Below the pieces are notes generated by a model. That model searched no databases and was not told the origin of the DNA. It was given only the letters and a program-made list of their open reading frames with translations. The translations under genes and the position numbers were made by a program. Of a stretch of DNA of 64,000 bases, positions 39,572 through 53,138 are shown piece after piece. Numbering within the stretch: the stretch's first letter is position 1; the number at the start of each line of letters is the position of its first letter. The stretch comes from Eledone cirrhosa. Lineage: Eukaryota. The DNA lies in NCBI GenBank assembly GCA_964016885.1, contig OZ024740.1, positions 282,596,001-282,660,000 on the forward strand, given 5' to 3'.

Positions 39572-40309
39572 CTGAAATTGGATATTATTATTGTCTTGTG
39601 ACATTTTATGAATCGCTTAGGTAATTAAGTTAACATATTGTGGCATATTTGTAAAATGGATATTAAATGAATTCAAAATCCACTCTGAATTTACAAAACT
39701 ACCATTTAAAAAATAAGATTAATAATTCATTCCTCATATTATAAATGATTGTAAATGACATCTGTGCTAAGGTTTTAAGGGACAATTCAACAAAATGTGA
39801 TCAGTACGAGGAAGGATAAACAAAGTGAAAATTTTGCATGAAAAATTTTATAGGAAGGAAGATCATTGGATGACTTATATAATATGTTAGCTGGCTCATT
39901 GGTTGGATGAACATTTAATGAATAGAAGTTGGCTTGGTAGATAGATAGATATGGTAACGATGAATCCATATTGTCAATCATTTCTGTTAGAGAATGCGAT
40001 AATGTGGATCGAACTGTTGTGAACATTATTTCAAACAAATAATTTGCTAAGTATTCCAAGCGTTTCAAGTGTTTGTGGTTAGTGACTCACACTATATTCA
40101 AATATACTTCGGGATATATATTGTATTCGATACAAGTTTATGTTTTACATCCAAATATGATTCGTTCTTCATCCTATCAAACAAAGAGGGGTTTATGGGG
40201 GCATTTTTACGATGGTAAAGGATTCTCGAACAGTAACTCCATTTAGAAATAATTGTTAGTATAGAAATTGTGATTTGAAATTAAAAATAATACACAAATA
40301 TTAACTTAC

Positions 40310-40357
40310 TAGGCACAAACAACAGAGGATAGTGCAGCTGATGTGAACCGGCTCCAT
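40310..40357 (-). CDS. VWA-domain secreted protein gene A, coding exon 1 (signal peptide MEPVHISCTILCCLCL)
   Basis: ATG at 40357-40355, 16 hydrophobic codons, then a canonical GTAAGT donor (phase 0); phase matches the 39544-39571 microexon. Confidence 0.7.
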
Positions 40358-40390
40358 TAGAATTATTCTCTTTTACCCGAAACAGTTTTT

Positions 40391-40430
40391 CGGTAGTGAG
40401 ACCTCACATCAACAAAGAAGCATTTATATG
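40391..40430 (-). promoter_or_regulatory. Putative TATA box plus initiator of VWA gene A
   Basis: TATAAAT at 40428-40422 and TCACT with A at 40397 (31 nt spacing), 40 nt upstream of the ATG. Confidence 0.5.
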
Positions 40431-40603
40431 CATAGTTTCTATTGTTCATTAAATCAGTTGAAAAACAGAACATTTTTTCTTTTATGCTAAAATTAGAAAG
40501 TATTCTTTTTAGTAGGCGGTACATTTGATTAAAAATTTCAATAAACATTTATTTCATTGTTATCATTATGAAATATACGCATTTGTATATACCACCGAAT
40601 GTT

Positions 40604-42655
40604 ATTCTTGATCATGAGGTAGATACTCGATTAATAAAGCTGAATTGCCATGAAATATACAGGTTCAATGGATGTTTACCATGTCCAGCCTGCTCATAAG
40701 GGTCGTGAGCTTCTGGAACCTGGACCTGATGGTGGCGCGGATGGCTGGCGGGAAGATCGATGACCCGATGATGAGGACATCCTCTTTCGGGGTCATCTAC
40801 ACCTGGCAGAGAATGGATTACACGTCCGGCTGCAAAGCACTTTGCATCGTGGTTGACAATCACTATGTCCGACTTGGACGAGTTGACCTCGAGGCGATTA
40901 TAGGTCATGGCAAACAGTCTCTACGGGCATGTCCAAAGTAGCATCATCCAAGTACCAAACGCTGAAAGGGTGCGTGATGTTCCAAGCAATGTGGTCTATA
41001 CCGAGAGCAAAGAGTAGAGGACCAAAAGGATCACCCTGTTGGACCCAATTGGCTGACGGACGGTATAACTGTTTCAGCAGCAAAGAGCATGCTCAGGGAT
41101 CCATACGACAGAGGGACCAGCGGGTAGGCAGAGGGGGCTCGGCTGAAGCAGGTCTCGAGCAGATGGTCACGGCATAGTCAGTTGAAAGCGTTCCTTGTGT
41201 CGAGCTTGACAATGAGGTGTCTGGCATCCCTCGACGCCGGTTCCAGTGGGCAGCTGTTGAAGAAGTGCCTAGTTGAGTGTGCGGCCCCCATACGCCCACC
41301 GAACACGCCGATCCCTAGTTGCACCGGGCTGAGCTCCTCGCCCAGTTCAGGTGTGATGGACCTGCAGAGTACCTTGGCCGCCAGCGATGGGACGTATGGC
41401 ACCCTCTTCCTTCCTGAGAGCGATCAGGCTGGCTGAAAAGAAGAGGCCTCGGGTATAAGAGTCCAGGGCGCCATGGATGAATCTGTTGATGAGTGCCACT
41501 ATTGCACTCAGAAGGCGGCACCCGGCTTGAGCCGATAGGGAGGATAGCAAAGCTTTGAGGTGACTATGTCGGAGACCATCAGTACCTCCGCTGCTACTAG
41601 GAGAGAAAGACTTAATAGCAAACATGGTGACTGCATCTGATGCCAGAAAGAGCAGGTGAGGATGAGGTGGAGGGTATGCGTATGAGGTCTGTGGGTGGCT
41701 CAGGCTGCTTGAGCCAAAGGGCAGCTAAAATCTCCTTGGTGGGGTGGAGAACGGTTTCCTCCGAGGCAACCGCACTGACCAAGGCCGAGACATCATACTC
41801 GAATAGTTCAGCTTTTAGGCGGTCGCGTAAATGCTTTGTGCTGGCCTCAGGAGTGGAGGACTGAGGACACCTGAGAGCAGAGGGTGTGGAGTCATTGGGA
41901 ACACTTGGGATGGATGCTTACCCAAAGGACGAAATGTTGGCCTTGATAAACGCTGCTGTCGACAAGCAGCCTCGGTCAGCGCCAGAGTTGGAAGGTCGAG
42001 AGTGAGTGGGGCGAGATAGAAAAATCGCTCCCAGTCGCTGGCTCGATTAGAATCCAAGGCCCTCTTGATTGAGGGTGCGAGAGCATCAGCCACCTGCACC
42101 CGGGCTGCTCTTGGGATCTGAGCGGAATCTTCCGGAGGTTTCTGAGCCGAGCGATATTGACCAGCAAAGCTTAAAAGTCAGACGAGCTCGCTATCTCATC
42201 TGGTGGTGTAGTGGTTGGCCGCAGCTTTGTAGACGGTGGAAAGAGACAGTTGGGAAGCTACATCTCAACGCTGTGAGGGCAGTTGAAGTTCGGCGCGTCA
42301 AGCCAATACAAGAAAGATGATGGAAACATCCGCAACACGAACACTTCCGGCTTTTCTTCCGCCTGTTCGTGGTGGTGCATATACTGCAACTGTCACCTAG
42401 TTGGGATGAGGTGGAGATAAAGCTCGGGACAGGAGCACTATGTGGCAACATGGGTGTGTGGCTGGCTGTCTACGGCAAGGATGCTTAGGTCAATGGTTAT
42501 TAGTTGAGGGGAAAAACTGTAAACAGGTGAAATTAGGCTGAGTAATGTGGTACGAAGGAGGCATCATATCTCACCTACAACATATCCGAAGGTAACAGGA
42601 GAAAGGACAAAAAAAAGAACCCAGAGGGTGTCCCAGGGGAAATATTAGAGATCGA
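40604..42655 (-). mobile_element. Decayed CRE-like non-LTR retrotransposon (PHD-like finger plus RT), 3' part missing
   Basis: CSIC...CSCC..FHHLSC; SSGGTDGLR, IRPIA, LDTRNAFN, VQQGDPFGPLLF, WYLDD, LEVNSSKS; several frameshifts. Confidence 0.78.
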
Positions 42656-43831
42656 TATATATATATATATATGTATATATACACACACACACATCCTCAT
42701 CAACGCGCACACACGCACTCCCAAATTTTGGCTATGATACCAAAGTATATGTTGTATGTACATGCTTGTATGTGGACATTCTTATGGCCATGTGTATGTG
42801 TGAGTGCTTACATATAAATCTTGGTTCGATTATAAAATTTATCGATAGTAAATAATGTAGTTATGTATATACATAGATTATATGATATGGACAGATGTAC
42901 AATGCGTGTTTGTGTACGTAAACACGAAGACAAGCAAATTAGGCATAGTGTGGGTGTAATGTGAGTGTAATTATCAACAGATAAGAATTATTAATCAATA
43001 TCATAATATAATAAAGGGAGGAGTGCGGGACTGTGTCCTGAATATATTTTCTTTTATCCCGTTTGTAAAATAAGTTGGATTACTTTGAATAAATAATGAA
43101 TGAATATTACATAATTTATGTAATAAATTTCGTAGTTGTTGATTAGATATAAATAATTTTATGGCTTATTTCAAGATTCACTTCTTTAAAATTTTAAAAT
43201 GTCATCACTTACGGTTAGTGTCCGTTATATTATAACACTTATTACATCGCTTATATAAACGTTCATATATTTGCATCGTTATATAAGGTTTATATTCCCG
43301 TCGCTAATTTTCTGCTAGTATGTGTATGTTTATATTTAATGACTGAAAATTGTAAAAGAATAAAAGAACATAATACTAATAACATCAAAGAAACCTATCT
43401 CTCGAAAATAACTTTAGAAGGTTTATATATAATATCGTCATTTTTAAATGTATCATGGATTACTTTACTGATCGCAGAAGAGTGTAACACAGTCTCTCTT
43501 CTATTTCTGTGCATATTCTCAATCATGATTTTATTTGACGTATCACGCTAAATGCATATATATTTGCGTATAATATCAATATTCACACTACACATGTTAG
43601 CAGAAAAACGACCCGAAGGGTGGTTTTTCTGCTAGTGTATGTAATTGTCTATATATATGCGTGGTACAATTGATCCTGGCTAATTCCTTGATCCTCTTTT
43701 GATGATCTTGGAGTTCTGTTGTTTCTCTCCGTTTTCTTCTAGACATATAAACACGTGTATACTCTGTCAGTGATCACGGTGGTGGTGATGATGGTGTTGA
43801 TGTTCGTTTAGTTGTAATGATTTAAATATGT

Positions 43832-43860
<29 letters not shown>

Positions 43861-43867
<7 letters not shown>

Positions 43868-44778
43868 AATTAGTATATCTACCAACATATATATACAAAT
43901 GCATACCTATGCTAGCAAATATATAGGTTTTGTCTTAGTAACTTTGTGGTTCAATGCATGGAGATGCAGAACAATTATATGAAAGACGTAAAATAAGAAA
44001 ATTATAAAAATTAACTTACTTACTAAAATTTCACTCCAACTAATTAGTTTCTGAAAGGGAATAAACATGGTTTCCAAATAGAAAACATGGAGAAGCCATT
44101 TCGTTATCAGGAAGTCGTTCTCAGCTAAGATCCCTGGTGATGCGTGGACACAGGGAACTTATACAAAAATAATTCAGTGGATGGAAAAAAGCAAGCGTGG
44201 ACTAAATTCCAAGACATTGAAAAAATAACTGCCTACTTGGTCGGTGGCAAATTCAAAAGAATCAATCACGTGACATCGAAGTTAATCAGTGAGGAGTGGG
44301 GTGTTAAAAAGACAGTAGCCAAGCTGTTACTATGAACTATAGCAGTAATTTTGGCAAATTTTTGCTCAACAAAATAATTTGGAGATAACTATAAAGAATT
44401 AGTATATCTACCAACATATATATATACAACATATATCTACCAACATATATTAACACCCCACTCCTCACTGATTAACCTCGATGTCACGTGATTGATTCTT
44501 TTGAATTTGCCACCGACCAAGTAGGCAGTGATTTTTTCAATGTCTTGAAATTTAGTCCACGCTTCATTTTTTCCATCCACTGAATTATTTTTGTATAAGT
44601 TCCCTGTGTCCATGCATCGCCAGGGATCTTAGCTGAGAACGACTTCCTGATGATGAAATGGCTTCTCGATGTTTTCTATTTGGAAACCATGTTTATTCCC
44701 TTTCAGAAACTAATTAGTTGGAGTGAAATTTTAGTAAGTAAGTTAATTTTTATAATTTTAATTTTCTTATTTAACGTC

Positions 44779-44786
<8 letters not shown>
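43861..44786. mobile_element. Second retrozyme-like or non-autonomous PLE-type element: 529-bp unit with terminal redundancy plus inverted arm
   Basis: Direct repeat at 43861 and 44390; inverted repeat 43977-44307 / 44450-44786; HHR in both arms; (TA)n flanks. Confidence 0.68.
44642..44724 (+). ncRNA. HHR with about 52-nt stem II domain
   Basis: ACTTC-CTGATGA-TGAAA...TTTCA-GAAACTAATTAGTT^GGAGT; the minus-strand twin at 44033-44115 has CTGATAA. Confidence 0.72.
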
Positions 44787-44824
<38 letters not shown>

Positions 44825-45900
44825 TGATGAAATAAATCCCCGTTGTTGTAGTTGAACGAGGCTGATAACAGATAACATTTAGGCGTCCCCGTGTAAGTTC
44901 ATTTCGTTCATGAAGTTGCATGTGTCTGTGTAGGCGCGCCTGTGTGTGTGTGTGTGCACGCGTTTATGTGTGTGTGTGTACATATATATATAATCCCCAA
45001 ATTCACTACAAATACTATAAACCTTCATAAGATTCTCTTTATGAAGGAGATTCCGCTCAAAGACATCATTAAACGAACGTTATCTGGCTTGATGGCAAAA
45101 CCCTACTTACCTAGAGGCTTCAACGACCAACACACACACCCTCAACTCTTATCTCTAATAGCATCTTTCCCTCAGATCTATTGCACTCACCCTTTATCCT
45201 TTCATCAAGCCTACAATATGGCACACTTAAAACAATCCTTCCCATAAATTATCTCTCTGTATGAATTTGTATATCACACACATTATCATATATTACTCAT
45301 ATGTAACATCATATATTAGGTCAGGTCATGTTTCTGCCTGCTACTGTTACCATGTAACCCAGTACAACCTGCTACATGGTCGAGTCGTTGGGGACTAAAT
45401 CGGCTACCCCACCAGAACCTGGTTTGGTGTGGTGGGTAACTTGAAACCCAAAGGAACAAACAACGAGAGGCATTAATGAGGCAAATCAACTCCTTAGAAT
45501 CATAGGTCATACGTCCCATCTATGGATTAAATATCCTCATTAACCCGAAATTGACCGATCGTGGTGAGTACGCCTACACCCCTGACATGACCAAAATCAA
45601 GCAGAAAGTGGTAGAGATCAACCAGGGAGGGGTTACTCAAACAAGAGTGAGAAGGCCCTGGACTGAGACATCATATAACGCTTTGAAATATTCCTCTTAG
45701 TCAAACGATGGATGTAGTCGAATACTTTGATATCATTGTTCATACTTTTCCTTTTCATCATCCCTAAAAACATATATCGAATAAAGAATCATATTTAGAT
45801 ATTGCCGATGCTCTAACGATTCAATTCTATCAGGGGAGCTTCAATATGATCTCTTATTAGTGTATTGTCTTCTGATACACTGTACAAGGGTGTATATAAT

Positions 45901-46070
45901 AATTGTTTCTACTTTTGCACAAGGCCATCAATTACCCAGTACATTACTTGTACTTTATTTTATCGACCCCGAAGGATGAAAGGCAAAGTTAACCTCAGCG
46001 GGATTTGAACTCAGATCATAATGGGCCGTAACTCTATGCGGCAAAGCGACTGACCCTCTACCGATACTGC
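45901..46070 (-). mobile_element. Nin/Deu-like SINE copy
   Basis: Same family as 1884-2760. Confidence 0.72.
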
Positions 46071-46382
46071 AAAATAATATTTATTATATCCTTTGTTTAA
46101 CAAACTTTTATGTTTATGAATTGGCTGATACAGTAGGAAGCCAGAAAATATCTTACTGCTATTTGTTTTGTTTATTCTAGGTAATGAATTGATGTAATAA
46201 AGATAAGTACAAGTAGTATACGCTTTTGATTTCAATGTTCCATTAAAAAAATATATATATTGCATTTAATTATTGATATTTCACATTATGCCAGTATAAG
46301 AAAGGGCAACCTATAAATAACTTTACTACCTAAAGATTTAAAAACTTTTGTCTTTACTATTTATTATTATCATATACAATAG

Positions 46383-46502
46383 GACGGTGGATTGGCAGTA
46401 TCGGTAGAGGGTCGGATGCCATGCTTTGCAGCATAGAGTTACGGCCCTTTATGATCTGAGTTCAAATCCCGCTGGTCTTGTGCCAATATAAGAAACCATT
46501 AT
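46383..46502 (+). mobile_element. Nin/Deu-like SINE copy (internally deleted)
   Basis: A and B boxes and the family 3' end are present. Confidence 0.68.
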
Positions 46503-47257
46503 TATATGTAATTTTTTATTACAGATTTTGAAAATATGATAACATGGAATATTCCGTTATAAACTCCTAGATAACATATATCTGAAATATGAAATAAAAA
46601 TTAAAAGTAAATTATTGATGAAAAAAAATACGTTAGTAGATTTTCCAATAGTGTAGTCATTTATTGCGTCACCCTGTACAATTCTACAATCTGCATATGA
46701 ACAGAAAATGTTCTAAAGCAACCTAAATACATCCCATTGAATGTCTAGTTAGCAATACACAGTTCTATTGTTTTGTTTTGTTTCTTTTCTATTCAAACCA
46801 CATTATTTAATAGACATATCTGCTAAATTCCAAATAAGTTGAATTTATATGACATTTAACATATAATGGTTTGTCACAATAATGAATTAATTATGAATAT
46901 ATATATTTATGCTCCAAACATAATGACAACTAGGCTATGCTTTAACCCGACAAAAGTAATCCTTTCAAAGAGTATAATGCACATGGCTTGTATGTATAAA
47001 AATAACGTGCCCACGTATTCAAGATGGTAACCCTAAGTTTTAGTCAGGTCTATATAGGAAAGAAATACTACAGTGTGTAGAATAAACGAAATATTTTAAA
47101 ATATTTAAAACAAGATAAAGAGAATATACGTTGAGCCAACGAAAAACCTATACGCGGTAGCTAAATATAATTTTATTAAGGCCTAACTTGCTTGCATCTT
47201 GTTTTTCCAGTGCAGAATTCTACACTGGTTTTGAGCACTCATTCTCACAACGATCAT

Positions 47258-47391
<134 letters not shown>

Positions 47392-48133
47392 ACTTTTCAT
47401 TGTTGATGCAAATTTAAATTGTTGTTTAGAATTGACATACAAATGGTGATTATAAAATTTCATATTTCTTTCACAAGTGTTTCTACCAGAAATTTTATGA
47501 ACTTGTTCACGTGACAGTCATAATTTCATTTATAACCAATCAAATTACATTTATTTTAAAAAAGCCTTCGTGAGCCACTTTCTTTAAGTAAAAGGAAATT
47601 CAAACAAACTTACGCGAAAGCTGATATACTTATTCACGTGACTACATCAACCAACCAAACTTCACTCATATATGAAAAAACAACCTGCCATATTCACTGA
47701 ACCAGAACAATTCCCCCCATCCCATTTCTCTTGACCATTATCTTTTGTTTGTAATAAAATTCTCTAAAAGGCTACAGAATAAATTCCCAAATACGGGCAC
47801 GAATTTTAATGAACTTGTTCACGTGACAACTGTAATTTCTTTTATAACCAATCAAATTACTTCTCTAAAAACCTGCGTTTCGAACCACTTTTTTCCATAT
47901 AAAACAAGTAACATTCAAAGACCAACCAGATGTGAGAAAAACCACAGACCTCCATCTCAACTCTACTTTTGAAAAGCAGAAGAACTGCGAAACCGGTAAA
48001 GGAACCAAATAAATATATATATTTTTTTTTTAAATAAGACTCCAGTTGCATTTTCGATTTCATCTTTTTTTCTTTATACTTTCACTCGTGTAGGACACCT
48101 CGGTTATTTTTCATTTTGTAAAAAAAACCTCAC

Positions 48134-48234
<101 letters not shown>

Positions 48235-48845
48235 ATATCTTTATTACAAGTTATTCGTTAGTTCGTCAAACCTTTTTACGTCACACATTGTGTGCCCTTC
48301 TCAATGACGATTTTTTCTCTTTTGTGCCTTTTCTTTTTTCTGGTTTTAATCTGCTACTCCATCTTGTCGCGATAGATTCATTAAAGTCTTGGACAAAATA
48401 TCTTGCCGTATGCATTTGTTCCGGATATTTACGCACTACTTATGTCAATCTCTATTGACCCTTGAATTCACTAGGACAACATTAATCGCATGAAAAAAGA
48501 AACCTACTGCGTTTGTAACATTTAGTTTATCATAGGATGTTGTACAAGCCATGAGTGAACCTTCAAGTTTCACTTCAATGCTCACTATTAACATAAGATG
48601 CAGTGAAATTTTCTAGGGGCAGATCCATTGTCTCGCGAACATACGGATTTATCATTTACTGGGGAAATAAAGAAAACATAAGATAATAAATACATAAAGA
48701 AAACATTATTTGCTGGAGAAAAGAACTGTGCGCAAGCTCTTCATAGGCCCCCCGAGACCGATGAAACTGATGTTTTAGATGTTTCACTTAAATCGTTGCA
48801 ACTCAAAGTCTGTATGTAAGATATGAGGTTCGACGTTTTGGACAG

Positions 48846-49279
48846 GAAGGACCAGATTTATTGTCCGGTTTGGAGTAGATGATGAGAGGAGAAGAGACCC
48901 GTGAGTCTGGAAGGCCAGAGTGGAGTGGCTATGAAACCAGCAATTCCGAAATGCTGACGTAATGATATTAGCAATAGAAAATACAGAGATAAGGACCAGG
49001 TTTAGTGTCTGGTTTGGAGTAGATGATGAGAGAAGAAGAGACGTGTGAGTCTGGAAGGCCAGAGTGGAGGAGCTATGAAACCAGCAATTCCGAAATGCTG
49101 ACGTAATGATATTATCAATAGAAAATACAGAGATAAGGACCAGGTTTAGTGTCTGGTTTGGAGTAGATGATGAGAGGAGAAGAGACCCGTGAGTCTGGAA
49201 GGCCAGAGTGGAGGAGCTATGAAACCAGCAATTCCGAAATGCTGACGTAATGATATTAGCAATAGAAAATACAGAGATA
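48846..49279. repeat. 3 x 144-bp tandem repeat
   Basis: TGGAGTAGATGATGAG recurs at 48871, 49015 and 49159. Confidence 0.92.
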
Positions 49280-49499
49280 AAACCATGCTTCTCTGGACCA
49301 GTATCTTTGAACAGAACGCCAAGCACTTCTCAGAATGAAATCAGCACCAGCTAAACATATCGTACTGTAAGAGACATAACATGTAGAATAGAATAATTAG
49401 TGCGCTCTTGACTATTTGGAAACACTATGATTTTGTATTGAAACGGTAAGAAAATCGGGAAAATACGAGGAATGAGCGAAACTGAAGAGGTAATGGTGT

Positions 49500-51280
49500 T
49501 ACCCCACAATGAGTTCGGGCATTTTACAAAGGAATTTTACCTCTAACATTGATGTCAAAACTGAAATATTAATCTGATTCATTGAAAATTTCTCGAAATT
49601 CTACTGTGGTAACAGTAACATCTCAGTCGAGGCTGTTCAAAAATTTCAAAATCGTCGACGCATGTGATATATCGATGTTCAACCAGAATTCAAAGATGTG
49701 ACCACCCTCCAGAGATTGAAGCATGGCAAACCTGCTGGGGAAGTTGCTATTCCAAGTGAACTTATTGAAACTGAAACTGTTTCTCTTGCTGATCATATAC
49801 CTTAATTGTTATCACCATGCCTGTCCCCGAAAAGTATATCCAGGTCTTCAAAGACCCTGAAATAACCGCCGTCTATAAGTAAATAGCAAGTAGTGGAGGC
49901 TGCAGCAATTTCGTGGAATTTCCCTGCTGGTGGCATTGTAAATGTGTCAGATCGCATCATATTGTCCTATTCACAAACTATTCTGTTAGAGCAGCCATCG
50001 CCCGAGTTTTAGTGTGTTTAGCGACAATTGTCATGAATTCTCTTCGTGAAATATCTTAGGTAAATATCAAGAGGGGTATATTTGGAATTTGTTGGCTTTC
50101 GATATGCCTATTTCTGGTTTAAAAGAAAACCGAATGTGCTGCCATATTTTGGTTCTGATAAAAGTTTTCCATAATTGTACGTAAGGTTACCAGTGAAAAA
50201 TGGTAAAATTTCAGAAATTTTTCCTATAAAGAGAGAAGTCAAATAGGGCTGTGACCATGCCCCTACACGTTCTGGAATATATATCTGATTTATTTTTAAA
50301 TCGACTGTAGAATCTGGTCCGTCATGATGGAATCTTCCATGATCGATACAGTTTCTGTTTGCCCACTGCTAACCATGGCCTTACAAACAATAATGTTCGA
50401 GTTTATGAAAATGAGACTTACCTGATTCCGAAACGTTGTACATTATGCATTTTCACGTGCTAAATGGTAATCAATGAATCACATTTAATATCATTAAAAG
50501 AGAAATGACACTATTGAAGCAGGAATGCACTGAGTAATTACAATTTAAGCTCTTGATTCCCCAAAATTCAAACTCATCATACAAATTACCTTTATTAGAT
50601 ACTATTGTGTGCTTGCTTCCCAATGTTCATTTCATTCTTTGAGATATATCACCGACGTACCATTGTCATCTTTCTGATACTCTAAATCAACTGTTGAGAT
50701 GAATAATGTGATGATTAACGATACATTATTCAGAGGCCAATTACTTTTTCTTGGACGAGGTGGATTTTAGGCTGATTCTCTTAATAATACGAAGAGCTCA
50801 GCAGTTTTCCATCATTAACTCACTTTTGAAAAAATATTGCATTTCGATCTTTTGCAAAGGTTTTCGTCTCAATACTAATATAGAAACTCTAAATTTTTTC
50901 TATTCTAACGATATAATACCTCATGCCTGACTTGCATCCTGGATGGTTGGTACAATTTGATATAATGCTTAAGATTGTTAGCCAGCTATGCATTGATACC
51001 ATCGGCATTCTTACTCGTGTTTATGTCGACAGCAAGTATGGCTTAATTTAACATGTATACGAAAACGTAGAGAATGATTTTTAATATCTGCAATGCTTAT
51101 CATCAAAAGCTATTTTCCCCACAGAAAAGGAGAATGTTGACAAACTAAATAGCGAAAATATGACGAAATTCATCCAGGAGGTACTACTCATTTTAAAAGT
51201 GGTGGTTCCCTTGTTGATGTAACCCTCCACCTCCACCAAAAATCTCTTAATTCTTTTGATATCAGTAATGTGCCCCCGCA
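49500..51280 (+). mobile_element. Highly decayed RTE-like LINE RT relic
   Basis: Residual motifs KPAG..IPSEL, CSNFRGISLL (about 49900) and VK*GCDHAPT (about 50240); boundaries approximate. Confidence 0.6.
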
Positions 51281-52415
51281 TTATCAATAAAAACTGGAGC
51301 TTAAATAATGTTGAAAGTCCTTGACTACAGAAACACCCATTGTAACGGGAGACGCTATAGAGGTTTACTCAGTAAAAAGCAACATTTCGTGCTTTGTTAA
51401 TTCCTCATATCAACCTGCATCCATCCGTTAAAGATGCGCCTTTTATTAAAAAAAAGTTATAAATTCTTCTTCAGACCTGTAGTTGTCTTGTCAACAGTGC
51501 CAGATTCGCCATTGTGCTTAGGTGTGCTGAAGCACAGGGCCTCGTTGGTCAGGTGGGGGGGGGGGGGGGGGGGGCATCTTCCTGCCAAAAATAATTTTTA
51601 CGATGAACTTTTCAAATATTTCGGGCCTCATAACTTAACTAGCACAGGGCCTCATTTGTCCTAAATGCATCTCAATAACCAAATGTTAAAGGCAAAGCAT
51701 ATAAAGATACGAAATTTATTTCTCTGCTCCAGTGTTCGCACATGGATAACTGCATGCTGTTGTCAGGAATGATGTTTGCTAAATTGATTTTCTACAAGTG
51801 GGTTTTAAAGCCATCTTAACGTTGTATACAGAAATTTAAAGGTAACAAGTAATGCATATTTTATTTTATTAAACAGTTATATTATTTTCAAATTTGATTT
51901 TTGTTCTTTTATATATTTATATCTTGAATAGATCTGTTTCCAGCAAACAAAATATTTTTCATTATGTTCATAAAACAAACAAGCTCATTAGGCGCAGTGT
52001 AACTATTTTCATGTAGAATATATTTACGTGTAACAAGCTCTCTAAAATATCTGGGAAAAGATATTACAATGAAACACAAACACAATATGGAATATAATTA
52101 TACTTTCTGTATAATTGTAAAAGATATATTGTTATATATTATGAATAAATATCATTCAGCTTTAGCTGGAAAGATATTCTAATTATGAATATAAGTCAAA
52201 GTCATTCTATTGACTTCATCATTAAATGTATTTTTTAATGAAAATTTGGCTTAAAAAAATTAAGACGCAATGAAAATGTTCTTTTACAAAAATAACTGGA
52301 GAGTGGATATTTATAGTTTATTCCACTTCTTGTTGGGTAGGATGCATTTGAAACGAATGTTTACACACATGCGCACACACACAGAGAAACGCGCGCGCAC
52401 ACACACACACACACC

Positions 52416-52480
<65 letters not shown>

Positions 52481-52569
52481 GCGTGCTTGGAATGTTGATG
52501 TTTCTAATAAGTTACTATATTTATTTTTGTTAAATGTTTTATCAAATAAATTTTATTTCTGCGATAACA

Positions 52570-53138
52570 TTATGAAATGTCTGGACGTGTTCTCTCCTGG
52601 CATATCTTGTTCGAAAGTAATATTGGAAAAGTTGTAACTAAGGCTTCATATGAAGGTATTCGGATAATCTGATGATCTGGAATCATTGTTCCGGTTATTT
52701 TAGACATATCCACATCATCTCCAATGACAATAACTAATACATATATATTCTCATTATAAAGTCTTAGGACTTCGTCATTTATTCTTGGGCTACTAAGATC
52801 CACAGTGCTGTCGATAAATATCATTCCGAAACGACGCACTAATACTTGCGGATGTGACAAGAAGCTTTTCACTTTCAATTTGCGAAAAAGTGTTATAATA
52901 TTACCATGCATGAAGTTATTATTTTTCTTTATAATTTCCACTTCTCCAAGCGAACCTACTTTAATATCTTGGTTTGGTAAACATTCTTCAAATATTCTTC
53001 CAAATCGAAACTTTCCTCCAACATTCAGCCTTTTCATTGCTTCGTTAATACCTTCGAGAATAATGTTAGTTCTGTAACTTCCAAAATTATTGTTACTAAC
53101 CATAAACATGATATCACTTGCAATGGATTCCAGGCATG
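52570..53138 (-). CDS. Terminal exon of paralogous VWA gene B (degenerate VWA-like domain)
   Basis: AG acceptor at 53140-53139, phase 1; CLESIASDIMFMVSNNNFG...IILEGI...RFG...MIFID...VIVIGD...RIPSY aligns with exon 7 of gene A; AATAAA at 52557-52552; no upstream exons seen in the window. Confidence 0.82.

Noticed and set aside
43597-43636. Hairpin ending in CTAG as a Helitron end or terminator
   Set aside because: CTAG is part of the stem, no 5' end was identified, and the context is eukaryotic.
48258-48312. Minus-strand HHR-like fold (GTCA/TGAC, CACAC/GTGTG)
   Set aside because: Both core strands are degenerate (TTGAGAA, GTAA); at most a dead relic.
51494-51675. Possible MITE with repeated GCACAGGGCCTC
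   Set aside because: No clear TIR pair or TSD.
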